Of a stretch of 64,000 nucleotides of DNA, positions 47,662 to 60,848 are shown piece by piece. The stretch lies in NCBI GenBank assembly GCA_964187785.1, contig OZ076417.1, forward strand, positions 16,306,001-16,370,000. Reading direction: 5' to 3'. Numbering within the stretch: position 1 is the first letter of the stretch; every line of letters starts with the position of its first letter. Below the pieces are notes generated by a model. It saw only the letters and a program-made list of their open reading frames with translations. It made no database searches and was not told the DNA's origin. This stretch comes from Amphiscolops sp. MND2022. Taxonomy: Eukaryota. Both the position numbers and the translations under genes were made by a program.

Positions 47662-50600
47662 GAAAATCTCATTATTGCTAGAGTGCCCAAATCTTCCAAA
47701 AGGCTCAAACGGCGTTTTTCCCCAAAATTAAGAAAAGGGAAAACAAAAGGGGAGCCTATGGTGGTATGTTTTTCAACGAAAAGTCTCTCAGAGCTGGGAA
47801 AAACTGAGGAGAATCTTCGTTCCGACATGATAGTTTACTGGGCGCAATAGCACTTTCACCATGCGTCAGAATATTGGCTGTTTCTATGTTTTGGCCGAGG
47901 AATTGTGAGATGGGCAGTGTCCACGATCTGTTAATTATTTGTCCGACTATAAAAGGCCGAAGGTCAACAACCAAAACTGAACAATGTTCACCAGAAAGTG
48001 ACGTTTCTGTGGGCTCACAATGTTTTCACTGGTCATGCTTTATGTTTTGAGAGTTGTACCTAGGAAATGATTTGAGATGTGCATAAACTGTAACCGACTA
48101 GCGACGCACATCTAGGAAGAGGGACAATGCCTAGGGTGCTTCAACAGGGGACCGTTGTCTTACTAACATTATCTAAATACTCAGAAAATAGCAATGAACA
48201 CGGGGATAAGCCCCAATTACCTTACAGTTTGTCGTCGTCCATCGATTTCTTGCCTCTAGCATCATTCTTCATCTTTGGGCACTTTTTCGGAGAGCTGGCA
48301 TAACACTCCGATCGGCTTGTTCTTTTCTTCTGATTTCTTTCAATTTTCCCTCACATTCTTCTTCTTCCTGGGTATTTCTCCACGTGCTCTCTTCATTGCT
48401 CTGTCTTCGCGTGGCTTCTTTTTTTGTTCATGTTCTCGTACCTGCTAGGTCGGCCATTTTGATTGTTCTATTTTGACATCGCACATTTCGAAATTTTCAT
48501 CGAAATTTTGTCATGCTTGTGGTGGACGTTACATCCTCCCTGGGCCGTAGTTTGTCGTCCTCGGCAACCGAGAGGATGTTCATACCCAGAGGGTAATTGC
48601 GATAAGGGAATCGGCTGAATAGCCAGACAAAATTCTATTGTTTTTGTTTCATTTTCTTTTAGCTTTTCTACTTTTGTCTTACTATTTCCTTTTGCACTAG
48701 TATCAACACACTTTAATAAGCTCAAGGGCACTGGACAAAATCACAATTATGACAGTCGATTTAAAATCTACTTGCAGTCTAGGTTAAAATCTTTTTTCTA
48801 AGAGATGCTCCTGCATGGCTTGAATAAAAATGATTGAGTCTTGGTACTAACTTTGAATCACTAAGTTTAGGGGGGAAGGGCACTGGCAACGTTGTACAAA
48901 TGAACTAGAATTTCAGGTAAATGCTCTTCGAGGACACTGAGTATTATTTCAGGATGTATTCTATAAAGCACCGAACCAAAGTGAGCGGCATAGCGCGGAG
49001 AACCCGGCAGGGCCGTCAAAACAAAAATTGGTTTATGCGCCATAGTAAGCAGTCATCATTTTGTTTATTTTCTTGTTTTCTGCTTAGTTAGCATGAGTGG
49101 TACTTTCTTTCTTTGTATTGGTTGGACTGCAGATTAGGGTTCAAGGTCAGCCGTTGGCTCCAAGTTTGCTGAGTGCTCCGCCACCAAGGGAGGGTATTGG
49201 CTAGAGTCGTCGAAAGTTAGTAAGTTGTTTAATTCTGACTATGTCAGCCGCATCCATTTGAGACATTCCCATGTCAGGTTTATCTTGAGCTGGAGTGGCT
49301 GCACCAGATAGGGTAAAATTGTCGTCGGTCATGATTTCATCGTGAAGACCCGTAGTAATCGAAGGGTTTTCTTGATCATCTTCCATTTGCGTTTCCATTC
49401 TATTTGAGGTGGCACCTCGGGTGGCAACTGTTGCGAACTGCCAGGGGCAGTTATACTTATTTGGTTGTTTTCAGCCATCATGCCTCCCAGTGGGAGTTCG
49501 GGTAGGTTGCCGGCCAATTCTTTGTGGCCATACTGCATGAATTTATTCTTGAAGATCTGAATGCCTGGTGCGTATTCTTCACCAACCGATTGTCCTCGTT
49601 CTTTCAGTCTGCTGTGCAGAGTTAAGAAAATTTCCAGCTGCGGACTTCGGTGCTAAGTGGCAGAGTCGTTTTGTTTGGTTCTCGGGCCACAGAGTGAATT
49701 GTGGCTTTCATGCGTTGAGATACTTGGTGGACTGCCAAATCAACTATCTCTGGTTTTGACCAGCATGTCGTCGCGTCCAGGATACGCGCGGTGTGTGCAC
49801 GGGGGTTGGTTCGCGAAGGTATCGCACACTTAGGGATAGCGCAACAGTGTGGGTGCTTCACCTCGCTTCCTGCCTCCCAGTCTCTGGATTATCGTTCCTA
49901 GGACTCTCAGGACCACTTCCGCATTCCAGTCCGCGAAAGAGTCTGCGGCGCCTGTTCCTTGGTTCAGGGGGGTATGTAACCACGCGACCGGGTGAAATTC
50001 CATAGGCATTGGGAGAGTGCATCGCGCACGTCCTGGGATGATCGATGTGAAATTGTATTCCACTTGTTTCTTTTCCTTGATAATTGTATTCGCCATAGGT
50101 GGTCGTAATGATGCGAAGTTCCTCACTGCTGTCTGATAGGTAGGACCCTATCATCAGTGGGATCTGTCCGATGTTACAAAGTGTAGAATGGATAGGGTGG
50201 GGGCAAGTGCTGCTACTCGTAGGGCTTGCGTAGGATATCGCAGCGCCATGACTGCTCCAAAGATTGGCCAGACTACAGGGGCGATCAAGGGCATTAAGTC
50301 TTCCGTCTCCACTAGCGTGCGGGTGGCGATCTGGGAGGGGAAGATGAAACCTGGTAGTTGGTTGGGCTCTCTGTTGACTACAGGGTTTTCATCCAGTGGA
50401 TGCATGATCCCCGCTACGTTGACCCACGTAGAATAAATCTATGCGACGAGGGCTTCAGTGTTAAGTTCCAATTGTTTCTTTAATTGCAAGGGACCCACTG
50501 GGTCCAATGCATGCAGAATTGCATTTATCCAGTTCTTTTGATTCTGGGAACAAAGAACCTGAAGAGGCATAAGCCTCCTTTTTCGAATATCAGCCTTTGC

Positions 50601-50667
50601 AACAGGCCGGTAGGTCCTTTGTACACTGTGTGTAGACCAGCTGCCATTGTGTAAGCCAAGATTTCAC

Positions 50668-51741
50668 TCATTGTGGCTCCAGAATGGAGGAAATGTTATA
50701 TAAGAACACTGGGAATGGGATCTCTAGTCGCACTGCGACTTGATTTAGTGTCTCACGCAACGACTGGTGCCAGGTCTGATATGTGTGTCTGGTCTCATCT
50801 TCGTTTTGCTCTACTAGGTTTCGCGCCATGACTATCAATAACGTCAGAGTAGGCGACGCCATACCAGGATGCGTGTCCATGGCTATTGTAGCCATTGGGA
50901 ATACAGTCGTATTGGTTCTTTCTGTTTCAATCGATTCTGTTACTTTAAATAGAGGTAGTAGCTCTTTGTGGAACTTGGGGTCGTGGGTTTTATCATCTAA
51001 GGTGGATTCGTCCTTGCGCTCATACCATAAACTTTCCACAAGGTGTTCACGTTCTCTTTCATTAGGATCATTTACTTGACGGATACCCTGCTCGTTCAAG
51101 GTTCTGCAAGACATCTGCATTCCATAGTCGTAAGCAGTAGCTTCATCGACTAGGAGCTGTGAGTTTCCTGCGTACCTGTGTATCCCTGTAGTGCCTTGGA
51201 TTTTTCTGCTAGGTAGGCAGGATAAGAGGCCTCGCAGAGGCGACATGTTGCTTCGTTGATTCTAAGGTTTGGCGCTACTATGTAGAAGTGCGAGTTCTTT
51301 GCATAGGATGCTTCTAGCACCAAATACAGGATTTGCTGGATCGCTCTTGGGAGGTACATGTACCCAGCGGGTGACACGAACACCGTACCTGTAGTTGCTT
51401 TTTGTCTTTCATCATCTTGGTGATGCTGGCCATTCTCTCTACGTGGGCCACTACTTCGTTCGTGACAAATCTTTTGGTGAATCTCTCGTTTTCTATATCG
51501 AAGTATCTCAATGTCCCTCGCAGGGCGAGGTGATCGATTACGTTTGAGTATACCAGACTTGGGGGAGTGGTATGGTTTCTGCCGCCGCAGGCATGAAAAT
51601 CTTGTCCGTGACTTCTGCCATCTCGCTGAGCGAGGTACAGGGCATGTTCATTAATCTGACGTCCATTAAAGTGTTGTTTGCTTTGTAAGAGGGTTTGATG
51701 GTCGAGTCGACAAAAAGGGCTATCCTAGGTTTCTGCATCAA
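50668..51741 (-). pseudogene. 3' accessory ORF of the Gypsy element, possible SGNH/GDSL hydrolase-like fold
   Basis: IALFVDSTI (GDS-like block I), then MPCTSLSEMAEV; four overlapping ORFs stitch into one reading frame. Confidence 0.3.
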
Positions 51742-53409
51742 GTCTTTTCCTATTGGTAGTAACGTGATGGGGTCTTTTGCGTAATTTTTGCTTTGCAGAC
51801 GATCTTCAGCAAATAAGCCTGGTCGTTGACGAGTTAGTTTAATAGCTGGTTGCAGAGGCTGGAAGTATGAAGAGTTGTGTTTTTGCAGACCCCTCCGTAG
51901 GCGCTCAAACCATGGTGGGCATCCGTTAGCTGTGAATATTTGTCGCTTGACGGGGAGAGTGTAGAGTACTCAAATAGTTGCCTTCTCTATGGTTCGTTGA
52001 TTGCTTGGTCGCATTTGCTAGTGGCACTTTCAATTTTTTGGCACTTCCTTCGACAGGTGTGGTCGGTACTTCACGTTGGAGACGCACTGCGTCCCTGGCC
52101 GTTATGTCTATTTGCTGCATCTCCGTTGTAGTGAGCCATTCGTTTGCTACTTTTTGTCTTCTGGCTTCTGGTTGGGTGGGGGAGGGAGCTGCAGCTCCTC
52201 TGTTCACTTTCGAGCCACATTGTTCGCCCTGCTCTCTAGCTCGCTTTCCTGCATTGAGCTTGTCTCTTAAATCTATGGGGCGTTGGTGGTTTCGCTCTCC
52301 ACCCGTTGCTGTTTCCGCTGTCGTTCTTGAAGTTTTGGGTCCTTTTGGAATCCTACTAGGCGGCTGGGCTCTTTTCTCGTGGCTTCGCTCCTGGCAGATG
52401 ATGGCGTTAATTCGTCGTATGAGTCTTGGAAGGTGACTGCTCTGGTGTCACGAAGTTCTCTTATTTGCTCTTCGTCCGCGGTTGGATTATTGGCAGTTGT
52501 ACTCACTTGTGCCCCTCCCCCCTGAAAGGCAGATGTAAGCATGGAGGTGGGGGAAGGCTGAGAGCGTAAGCGTACACCAACTGATGCCAAGGGCATGGGT
52601 GGGGTCAACAATGGAGGGGGTAAGGTAGGAAGGGTACAGCTAAATCGTGTGGGTTCCACCTGAAGAGGAGGAGCATGGATCTGTGGTTGTGGAAGGGGCG
52701 GTATTCGAAGAGGCGGTTGCATGGTTGGCGGAGAAACTCGAAGTGACCGTTCTTGGTTCATGGGAGGCCTAGGAGGCTCTCCATAGAGCGTGTGCGAGCG
52801 TGGATCGATGAGGTTATGGATTAGATTGTAACCGTGACAAGCTCCATCACGAAAGGTAGCGGAACGCTCGAGCGGTCCTATGGTACTGGTGATTGTAAGA
52901 AGGACTTCGGGGTACGCCGCTTGCGCTTGCATCTGGGCGATGATCATGGCAAAGCCATCGATCACTGTAGGCGTGGCCCCGTTGGCTGAAGTGGTCATGG
53001 TGGATGCAATGATCGGAAAGCCATGTTGACGATTTTGCTGACTGGTGGGTGCAGGTATACGGTTTCTTGCAGAGAAATCCATTAGTAGGGAATATGGAAG
53101 GGCTGAGGGGCAGTTAGATGAGATATGAGGGATTCAATGACGGTGAATTCCGGGAAAGCCGCGCAGAGGCGAAGCAACAGGATAAAACTGAAAAACAAGT
53201 TACGGGTAAACATAAAATGATAAATCGTGAACTGACTGAAAAGAAATAGGACAAACACAGAGGTATAAAATCAGGAAGCATGGAGATTGCGATAAAAAAA
53301 ATTTCGATCTGGGTGTCGGATGTTAAAAAACTAAAGTGCATTTTGTCATGAGGAAATAATATGTGAAATAGGTGAAAAAATCAAGGATAAGGCCGCTGGC
53401 CTTGGAATT

Positions 53410-53920
53410 TCATGGAATTTCGCCAATTTTTGTATGGATTGAAGTTATCAATGCGATGGAAACGTAAACTCGATCGTGGAGAATTATTTCTAGGTTTTGG
53501 CCTGCAAAGTGATCACGGAGTGTGGCGTACCAAGTTGGTAACAGGTTGATCGATCGTTCGGGGTGGTCATAGATGGGTAGGTGGAATTGTGTAATGCTAA
53601 GTCGGAGAAGCTGGTGTGAGAGGTGAGTGAGGCATGCGTGTAGGGTCTCGTGGAGCAATGGATGTTTGTTGGAAGCTCTGGTACACTGGAGAAAAATTTG
53701 ATTGTTCCAGGGTGCAGTGGAAGAGCGGATTAGGCGTATGTGGCAGTGCCGATTGATGGTCTCAGGCGAAATATGTTTTTTGGTCATATTCGCGAATTAC
53801 GTAGCAAGCTGTTGCAGAAAATGATAATATGTCAACCGGGCAGCATAATACTATTGTGCCTGGGGCTTGTAGGATGTCTGTGTTGGAGTAAGTTATCCAA
53901 GGAACGTAACTTGGGTTGAT
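53410..53920 (-). pseudogene. TARG1/OARD1-like macrodomain in the Gypsy 3' accessory ORF (frameshift near 53770-53787)
   Basis: ITYSNTDILQAPGTIVLCCPVD...YVIREY and QIFLQCTR..NKHPLLHETLHACLTHL...ITQFHLP...WYATLRDHFAGQNLEIILHD follow the TARG1 pattern (IxYxxGDLFxxP; IYYLITK; TYENLxxSL; LSMP; F...IxITVY). Confidence 0.6.
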
Positions 53921-55661
53921 CTTCGGCTGTGTTGTCTGCCATTTTCCCGCGGCGTTGTCGTTGTCGTCGATCGGTTGGGGTGTCAAGTGTTCAAAAACAG
54001 CTCTGCGATCTTCCCATACTGTGCGACGTAAGGGACGGTCACCCATTTGGATGCATGACCAGCCATGTACTATAGCGAGGGCTTCAAGGGCGGTGATGGG
54101 CGACTCTGGCGTGTAGGTTAATCGATCTATGATGTGGATTTTAGCTTGTCGACAGAAGGTAATATCTATTAGCTGCAGCCAATGTTGACTCGAAAACTTT
54201 CCGCGGTAGATGTCGGCAAGGTGAACGCAGAGAGTGTCTTGGGCCTCTACTAGGGTGCGTAAGTTTTCTAGGCACAATAATTTTGTGATGGGGGAAACTA
54301 GCGCAGAGTGATCGAGGGAATTGACCAAAAGCCACCAACTCTGGGTAGTTTGGTACACGTCACCCGGAGGGGAGACAACATGATATTTTGGTGTGCAGTG
54401 ATGCAACGAACCATCTGTGCATTATCGCATGTCTCGTTCACTCCACCAAAAAAAATAGAGGGTGGTAAGGGGGTATGACAGTGACTGGTGTAAATTCCAG
54501 TCCACCGCGCTCATGATGTGTCCATTCTTTGAAGCGGTAGGTGGAGCAGTCAGAGGGGGAGGAATCGTGCATTGCTCTCAATGTGGATTCTACTGGTGGT
54601 ACTAGCCCAGACTTTGTACTGGCGTATGTTTTCTCCACAGTTACGATGATGTGTCGGGTAGTTGGTTGGGTTATAGGTTCCTTTCATTGGGCCCGCACAA
54701 CTAGGACTCCGTATTGCGGATGTTCAGGCGTTCGTGCTTGTGCGAGATTGCAAGCGGGAATCGTCGCTCCCCTGGCCAATCGAAGATCCGGAGGTTCGAT
54801 AGTAATCTGGTGAATGCAAGTACAGTTGCAGGAACCGCAGGTTCCACATTTATAACGTGGTGCTCGATTTGCTGGAAGCTGGTAGCGTGGTGCTTGCGTC
54901 GAAGTATCTCCACGTGAGCCAGATTGAGTTGGCGAAGGGCTTTCGAGAATCTCGGGCAGCGTCATGGCTCTGTCATGAGTCGCGGGTGGGGCTCTAGTAG
55001 AGAACCTCGTTCGTGGGCCTCTTCTGGGTCGCAGTGTTGGTTTCCTAGAAGACGTGGTACGTTGATTTCTGCGACCGGGGGGTTTACCTCGTGGCCGTCC
55101 TCGTCCGCTAGCGATGCTTGGTTGCTCGGAAAAAGGGGGCCGTTTAGGGTTTTGGTTCTCGTGTTCGGCATTGGTTTCCTGTGGTTGCTCTGTCTGGGTC
55201 AAAGGTCTTTTGGGTTGAATAAAGGGAAGTTGCTTAGGGTGTCTGTAAGCGATGGGTTGGATAATATTGGAGCTGAGGTCCCTGAGGGTGATGGTGTTAA
55301 GCTTCTGGTGAGTGCTTCTGATTGAACTTCTTCTTGGTCGGAGAACATTGGTTCCAAGTCATCTAATTCAGGAAACACTACTTGTGGAGCTGGATCTGGG
55401 ATTGGAGGTTCGGTCATTGCTGGCTCCGAGTCGGAGTCGGGTGGATATTCGAAGTGGCGGAACCTTCTTCGTGAGATTCCCTGCTCTAGGGTAGTTTGTG
55501 TGCGAGTTTGGATGGTTCGCGGAGGAACCGATCCCGTTGGTTCCAATTCGAACGACGCTTCTGGGAGTTGTTGTGCAGAAAAGAATCTTTAGAATTGTCC
55601 GAGGTGATTTCTTCGTTACTCTCTTCTACGTATGGGTCAGCTATTATGGCCACGTTCTGAT

Positions 55662-56951
55662 CTAGGCCGAAGTTTGATGTGTAGCCCAGTCCCAAGGTGC
55701 AGGCACGTGTTTCTTTAGTCTTTCATAATGGATCTTTTGACCAGTATCTAGTACGTAGAGACGTCCATCTTGTAGTACGTCAGTCACTTTGTGGGGTCCG
55801 CGCCATGCGCGAGTTAGTTTGCGGGTACCACCTTTGGGTATTATGTGGCAAAAAACCCAAACAGCGTCGCCAATGGCGTGCGCTTTTGCTTTGAGGTGGC
55901 GATCAAATTTCAATTTCTGCCTAAGTTGTGCTTGATGAGTGTTTTTTCGAACCAATTCATGAATTTCTTGTTGTCTAGCTAGTAGGTGTTCTACAAATTC
56001 TTCTTTGGAATCGAATCCTCGCGCTGCGAATTCAGGCTATATGAACGATAGTGGAATGGATTTTTCTGCGCCATGTTGGAGCATGTATGGCGAGAATCCT
56101 GTTGTGGCGTATCGAGTTGAGTTGTAGGCGCCTAATATTCCGTCATCGTGGTCGTCCCAGTCTTGCATTCTGCGTGACGTATAAACTCGAAGCAGAGTGA
56201 GTAAGGTTCTATTTTGTCTTTCGACAAGTCCATTGCCTCTGGGGTGTGCAGGGGTTGACGTGACTTCAGTGACTTGCGATGCCTTCATCAGTTCTTGAGC
56301 TATTTCTGCTGTGAAAATTGTCGCGATGTCGGATTGCATTCTTGCTCGGGTGCCGTGTCTGGCAAACCATTTGTTGAGGATGATCTTTGCCGTGGTCTGC
56401 GCGTCGTATTCGTCATGGGCACATGGGACAGCTTCTGCGAACTTGGTAAAATGGTCTATCATGACCAGTAGTCCAGTATAACCTGATTCGGTTTTGCAAA
56501 GCTTCAGGTGATGGAATTGTACCAAATCGTTGGAGTTGCTACTGTTTATGCTTTGCAGGGGATAGCAAAGGTTTCCGGCGGGGTGTTTGGCTTGCTGACA
56601 TGTCAAGCAAGGTTTAATATGATTCACAACATCTCTTTTGATGCCCAGCCAGGTATGTCGCTCTTGTTTTCTCGCTAGTGCTTTTCCCACGCCTTGGTGT
56701 CTTGACTCGTCATGTGCTCGATATAAGATCTCGTTTTGAAAAAGTTGCGGCATGACGATCATGCATGGTTGTTGAGGGACGTAATTGACGAAGAGTGTGT
56801 CACCAGTGTTCAAAAAAAGTAAATCCGCTTTTTGATGATAGTATCGTTTCGCGAAGTCTTGCACACTGTCGGGAAATACTGGATCCTCCAAGGGTTCGTT
56901 CTTCATGAGTTTCTTCAATGCCAGGAGATGCACATCTCTGTTTTGAGCCAA
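55662..56951 (-). pseudogene. int: Gypsy integrase (HHCC, DDE, GPY/F)
   Basis: AHDESRHQG...CLTCQ, LVMIDHFTKFAE, MQSDIATIF, GNGLVERQNRTL, and AWRGPHKV. Confidence 0.93.
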
Positions 56952-57257
56952 GTGCAGGTCCCTTAGACCTTATTCGGTTAAGTGGTGTTCGTGCAGCTCT
57001 GTTCCTACGGTCCTCAGGATGTTTGCTTGCGTTTGACATTCAATGGGCAGTTCGCTCAAGGTTGAGCCAGTGGCATCTATTCGTGCCGGGGGCACTTTGG
57101 CGGTTATGCTCAAGATGGAATTTGATCTTTCATCTTCTTCGAGAGTTGGTGTAGTTTTCCATTGGACTTGAGGGTACCAGGGAGTGTCTCCGGTTGGTTC
57201 TTCAGGAAATTTGCTTTTCCGTTTCTTCCGTAAGATATACAATAGGGGTAGTCGAGC

Positions 57258-59269
57258 TCAAGCTTCCGGAGGAAGATTTGGGTGATGTGGAATAATGCGG
57301 CCGTGCTTATCAAAGTATGGCATAGTGGGGAGGTCGTCGTAGTCTTTTTGTGACATGAAATTGAATCCTTCGCTCACTTCTAGCATTTTTCCAAGGATTT
57401 GCTCGCGGTGGATGTAGTCATTGGTTCTTTTGCTAAGTCCGTCGACAATCTGATGTTGCGTGCGGGGCCGATGAACTGTTTTGAAGTGGTACTGGTCTAG
57501 GCGTGCGATCCAACGGCCGATTATGGCTTGGTCCATTGAACAGGTTTTAACCATGACAAGGCTTGGTTGTCTACGCGGAGCGTGAATTCTCGGCCGGCCA
57601 AGTAGGAGTGGAACTTTTCGACGAAGTAGATTAGCGCGTACATTTCCAACTTCGGGGCTCCATAGTTCGGTTGGGTTCTTGTCAGCGAATTGCTACTATA
57701 GACTATTAGTCTCAGAATTGTTTTGATGTAGGATACCGGCAATTGCAACCGTACTGGCATCAGTGTCTAGCACAAATCGTCCTTGTTCGTTAGGCGCAGC
57801 CAAGGTGGTTGCATCTGCCAAGGCTTGTTTCACCCAGTCGAAGGCCTTTAGATGTCTCTCTCCCCAGTAGAAATGTTGGTTCTTTTTCAATAGCTCTTGC
57901 ATGGGTTGTACTTTGGCAGCGTTGATTGGGATAAACTCACGATAGTAATTGGCAAACCCTAGGAAGCTTTGTAGTTCTTCCTTGTTTCTAGGGGGCAACC
58001 TTTCCTGGATTTTGGCTACTGCTTCCGGGTCGGTCTTGTTTCCCTCGGCGGACACGACTCGTTCCAGGTATTTTGTTTCCGTGCGCATGAAGTCGCATTT
58101 CTCCGCTCGCATTTTAAAGCCTGCCTCTCTGAGACATTCGAACACTTCTTTGATTCTCACGATGTGATCCTCGATCGTTTCCGTTGCGATTACTATGTCG
58201 TCAATGTAGGCCATGACGACACTTCCGTGTCTTTGTTGGATTCTTTGTAGGGCTCTTGTAATGGATCGTTGGAATGTAGCGGATGCATTGCACAGCCTAA
58301 AAGGCATGCGTCGCCAGTCAAATAAGCACAATTCGCAGGCGAATGCAGTTTTCCCTCTGTCGCATTTTTTAGTGGTATCTGCCAGAAGGCCCACGCTAAG
58401 TCGATACTCGTAAAAATTTTTGCATTCCCGATTCTGGATAGGATATATATGTGGGGGTGGCTTCTGGTTCTAGTTCAATGCGGTGTTTCGCTATTGTACA
58501 TCTGCCTCTGTCGGCGTTGTGCTTCATGAAAAGATCATCGTACTAATTTAGGACTTCCGCAAGTTGATCCCTAGCACCCTCCCCCACAAAAGAAAGGACA
58601 GATGAGAAGTCTGGGCCTGGTATGGGTTTCAACAATTGTGGATCAGTTCTCTCTTGTTTCTCATTTTCAGATAGACCTTCTTCGGAGATTTTAGTGGAGG
58701 AGAAAAAGTTTTCGGCAAAGGAACAAAATTCAGTACTCGTGTCACTTAAGTCAACAACATCAATATAAGTAACATGTTCCACAAAAGATACAGAAGTTTT
58801 GCCAGTTTGGTTGACCATGACTGGTCTGAACAAAAAGGTTCTCGGCTGTGCCTTTCCGAGGACAGTCTTACTGTGAAGTATCAAGTTTTCGTTGGCTGTC
58901 CGGTTTCTTACGGCTCGGAACACCGTGCTGTCTTCCCCTGTGCGTCTCATCCAGTTGCATCGTTTAACGGTCGCAACAGAAGGGAAGTTCGCAGGTCTTT
59001 TTCTTTAACATGACTATTCCACTAGCCCTTGGCGAGTAGGAAGGTTGGATTAAGCCGAGGGCTAGCAAGTTCCTCACTTCTTGATTGGCTTTGGCGGCTT
59101 TGTCTGGAGACATACGCCTGGCACCTTCCCTGTGGGGGGTGGCTTCTGGTTCTAGTTCAATGCGGTGTTTCGCTATTGTACATCTCCCTATGTCGGCGTT
59201 GTGCTTCTTGAAAAGATCATCGTACTCATTTAGGACTTCTGCAAGTTGATCTCTTGCACCCTCCCCCAA
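57258..59269 (-). pseudogene. pol: Gypsy reverse transcriptase and RNase H, rearranged by an internal duplication
   Basis: REGARRMSP, SIDLAWAFWQ, MPFRLCNASATFQR, YIDDIVI, FLGFANYYREFI, FVLDTDAS, and YGAPKLEM...DNQAL. Confidence 0.95.
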
Positions 59270-59622
59270 AAAGAAAGGACAGATGAGAGATCTGGGCCTG
59301 GTATGGGTTTCAACAATTGTGGATCAGTTCTCTCTTGTTTCTCTCTTTCAGATAGACCTTCTTCGGACATTTTAGTGGAGGAGAAAATGTTTTTGGCAAA
59401 GGAACAAAATTCAGTACTCGTGTCACTGAAGTCAACAACATCAATATAATTAACATAAAGATTCCACAAAAATACAGAAGTTTTGCCAGGTTGGTCGACC
59501 ATGACTGGTCTAAACATAAAGGTTGTCGGCTGTGCCTTTCCGAGGACAGTCTTACTGTGAAATATCAAATTTTCGTAGGCTGTCCGGTTTCTTACGGCTC
59601 GGAACACCGTGCTGTCTTCCCC
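58450..59622. repeat. ~490-bp direct duplication within pol (58450-58938 and 59131-59622)
   Basis: Both copies begin TGTGGGGG(G)TGGCTTCTGG and end GTGCTGTCTTCCCC, with scattered substitutions. Confidence 0.92.
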
Positions 59623-60799
59623 CACTGAAGTTAGGGTGTTTTCTGAAACAAATAGACATCGATTGTGCAACCCGCTGGGGTGTATCATTACGTTGCGGTA
59701 AAGGTATTCGTTCGGATTTTGGGTTATGAGCTGAGACTAATTTGCGTTCGAATGGACCTAGCACTACTTTTTCGGTGGAAATTACCAAAGAAGGTTCATG
59801 GTCACTAACCTCATGGATTGGTTTGAATTGGCGAGGAGCCTTGGGGTCGCGTATGGTGACTCTCATTGCAGTTAGGTCCACGAGAACGTTGTAGGAGGGC
59901 AGAACAGTGCGTCCTAGCAGGAAGTCTTCAGCTCCCAAGTGGTCTGCAATGACTATGAAATTCGTCTCCAGCGTATGACCACCCAGTTGGAAGTTTACGT
60001 TCTCGGCTATACCAATGGTGTTTATGGTTTTGCCGTTGGCAGCGTATAGTTGGATGTCATATGGCAGAAGGCTCAAAGCATGGGTTGAAGCAATCTTTTG
60101 GTATGCGGAAAGTGAGAGGATAGAGACCCCAAAACCGGTGTCTATCATGCCATACAAAGGAATGGGTTCTTGCAAGGTGTGAACCAATGATGCTCGTTCG
60201 TCTATCCTAGCTTCCCCCTGAGTATTTTGCAGACCAACGTTGTAGCATCGCAACTCCTGACGACCTAAGTATAATCGCTGTGGGAAGTGTCCTTCTAGAA
60301 CTACTTCTGCGTCAAATTTCATGTCAACGCCATCTATGCTGATAGCAACAGGAACTGGAGAAATTGTTTTTACTTTTTGGATAGGCGCTAGTTTAGTTTC
60401 ATCTTCTCTTGTGAAGTGTGGCAACGGTCGAGCGGCAAGTGTGTATTTGATGTTTCTACACTGCTCTTCGTTTAATTGGGTTAGCGTCAGCTCAGAGGGC
60501 GATACTTTCGTTCGGCCAAAAGAAGCAGATTTATGGAAATGAGAGTTTCGGTACAATTCGATGCAGGCGCTTCTAAGGTGGTGAGCACCTGTTTCTCGCC
60601 ACAGGTGACAATAACGGGGCGTGCGCGTCCTCCGGCTTCCGCGACCGAAATCACTCGGACTTGATCGTCTTGCGTTACGGTATCGAACTGGTTGGTGTGC
60701 AAGGCAAACCATGCCGCTCTGACTTGTTCTTCTTGTTTCGAGTGTTCTGGAGTCATACGTTCGGACGCTGAATGTTCGGTGCAGCCACAATTCACGCAA
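59552..60799 (-). pseudogene. Gypsy aspartic protease region
   Basis: LYGMIDTGFGVSILS (DTG motif) and DFLLGR. Confidence 0.85.
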
Positions 60800-60848
60800 A
60801 ATGCGACTGTTACCTGGATTGGTAGTGATGCTGGATGGACCTCGTTAT

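Noticed and set aside
48200-49100. 3' LTR of the Gypsy element and a Lys/Glu-rich ORF
   Set aside because: No second LTR copy is present in the window to define boundaries, and the Lys/Glu-rich frames contain stops.
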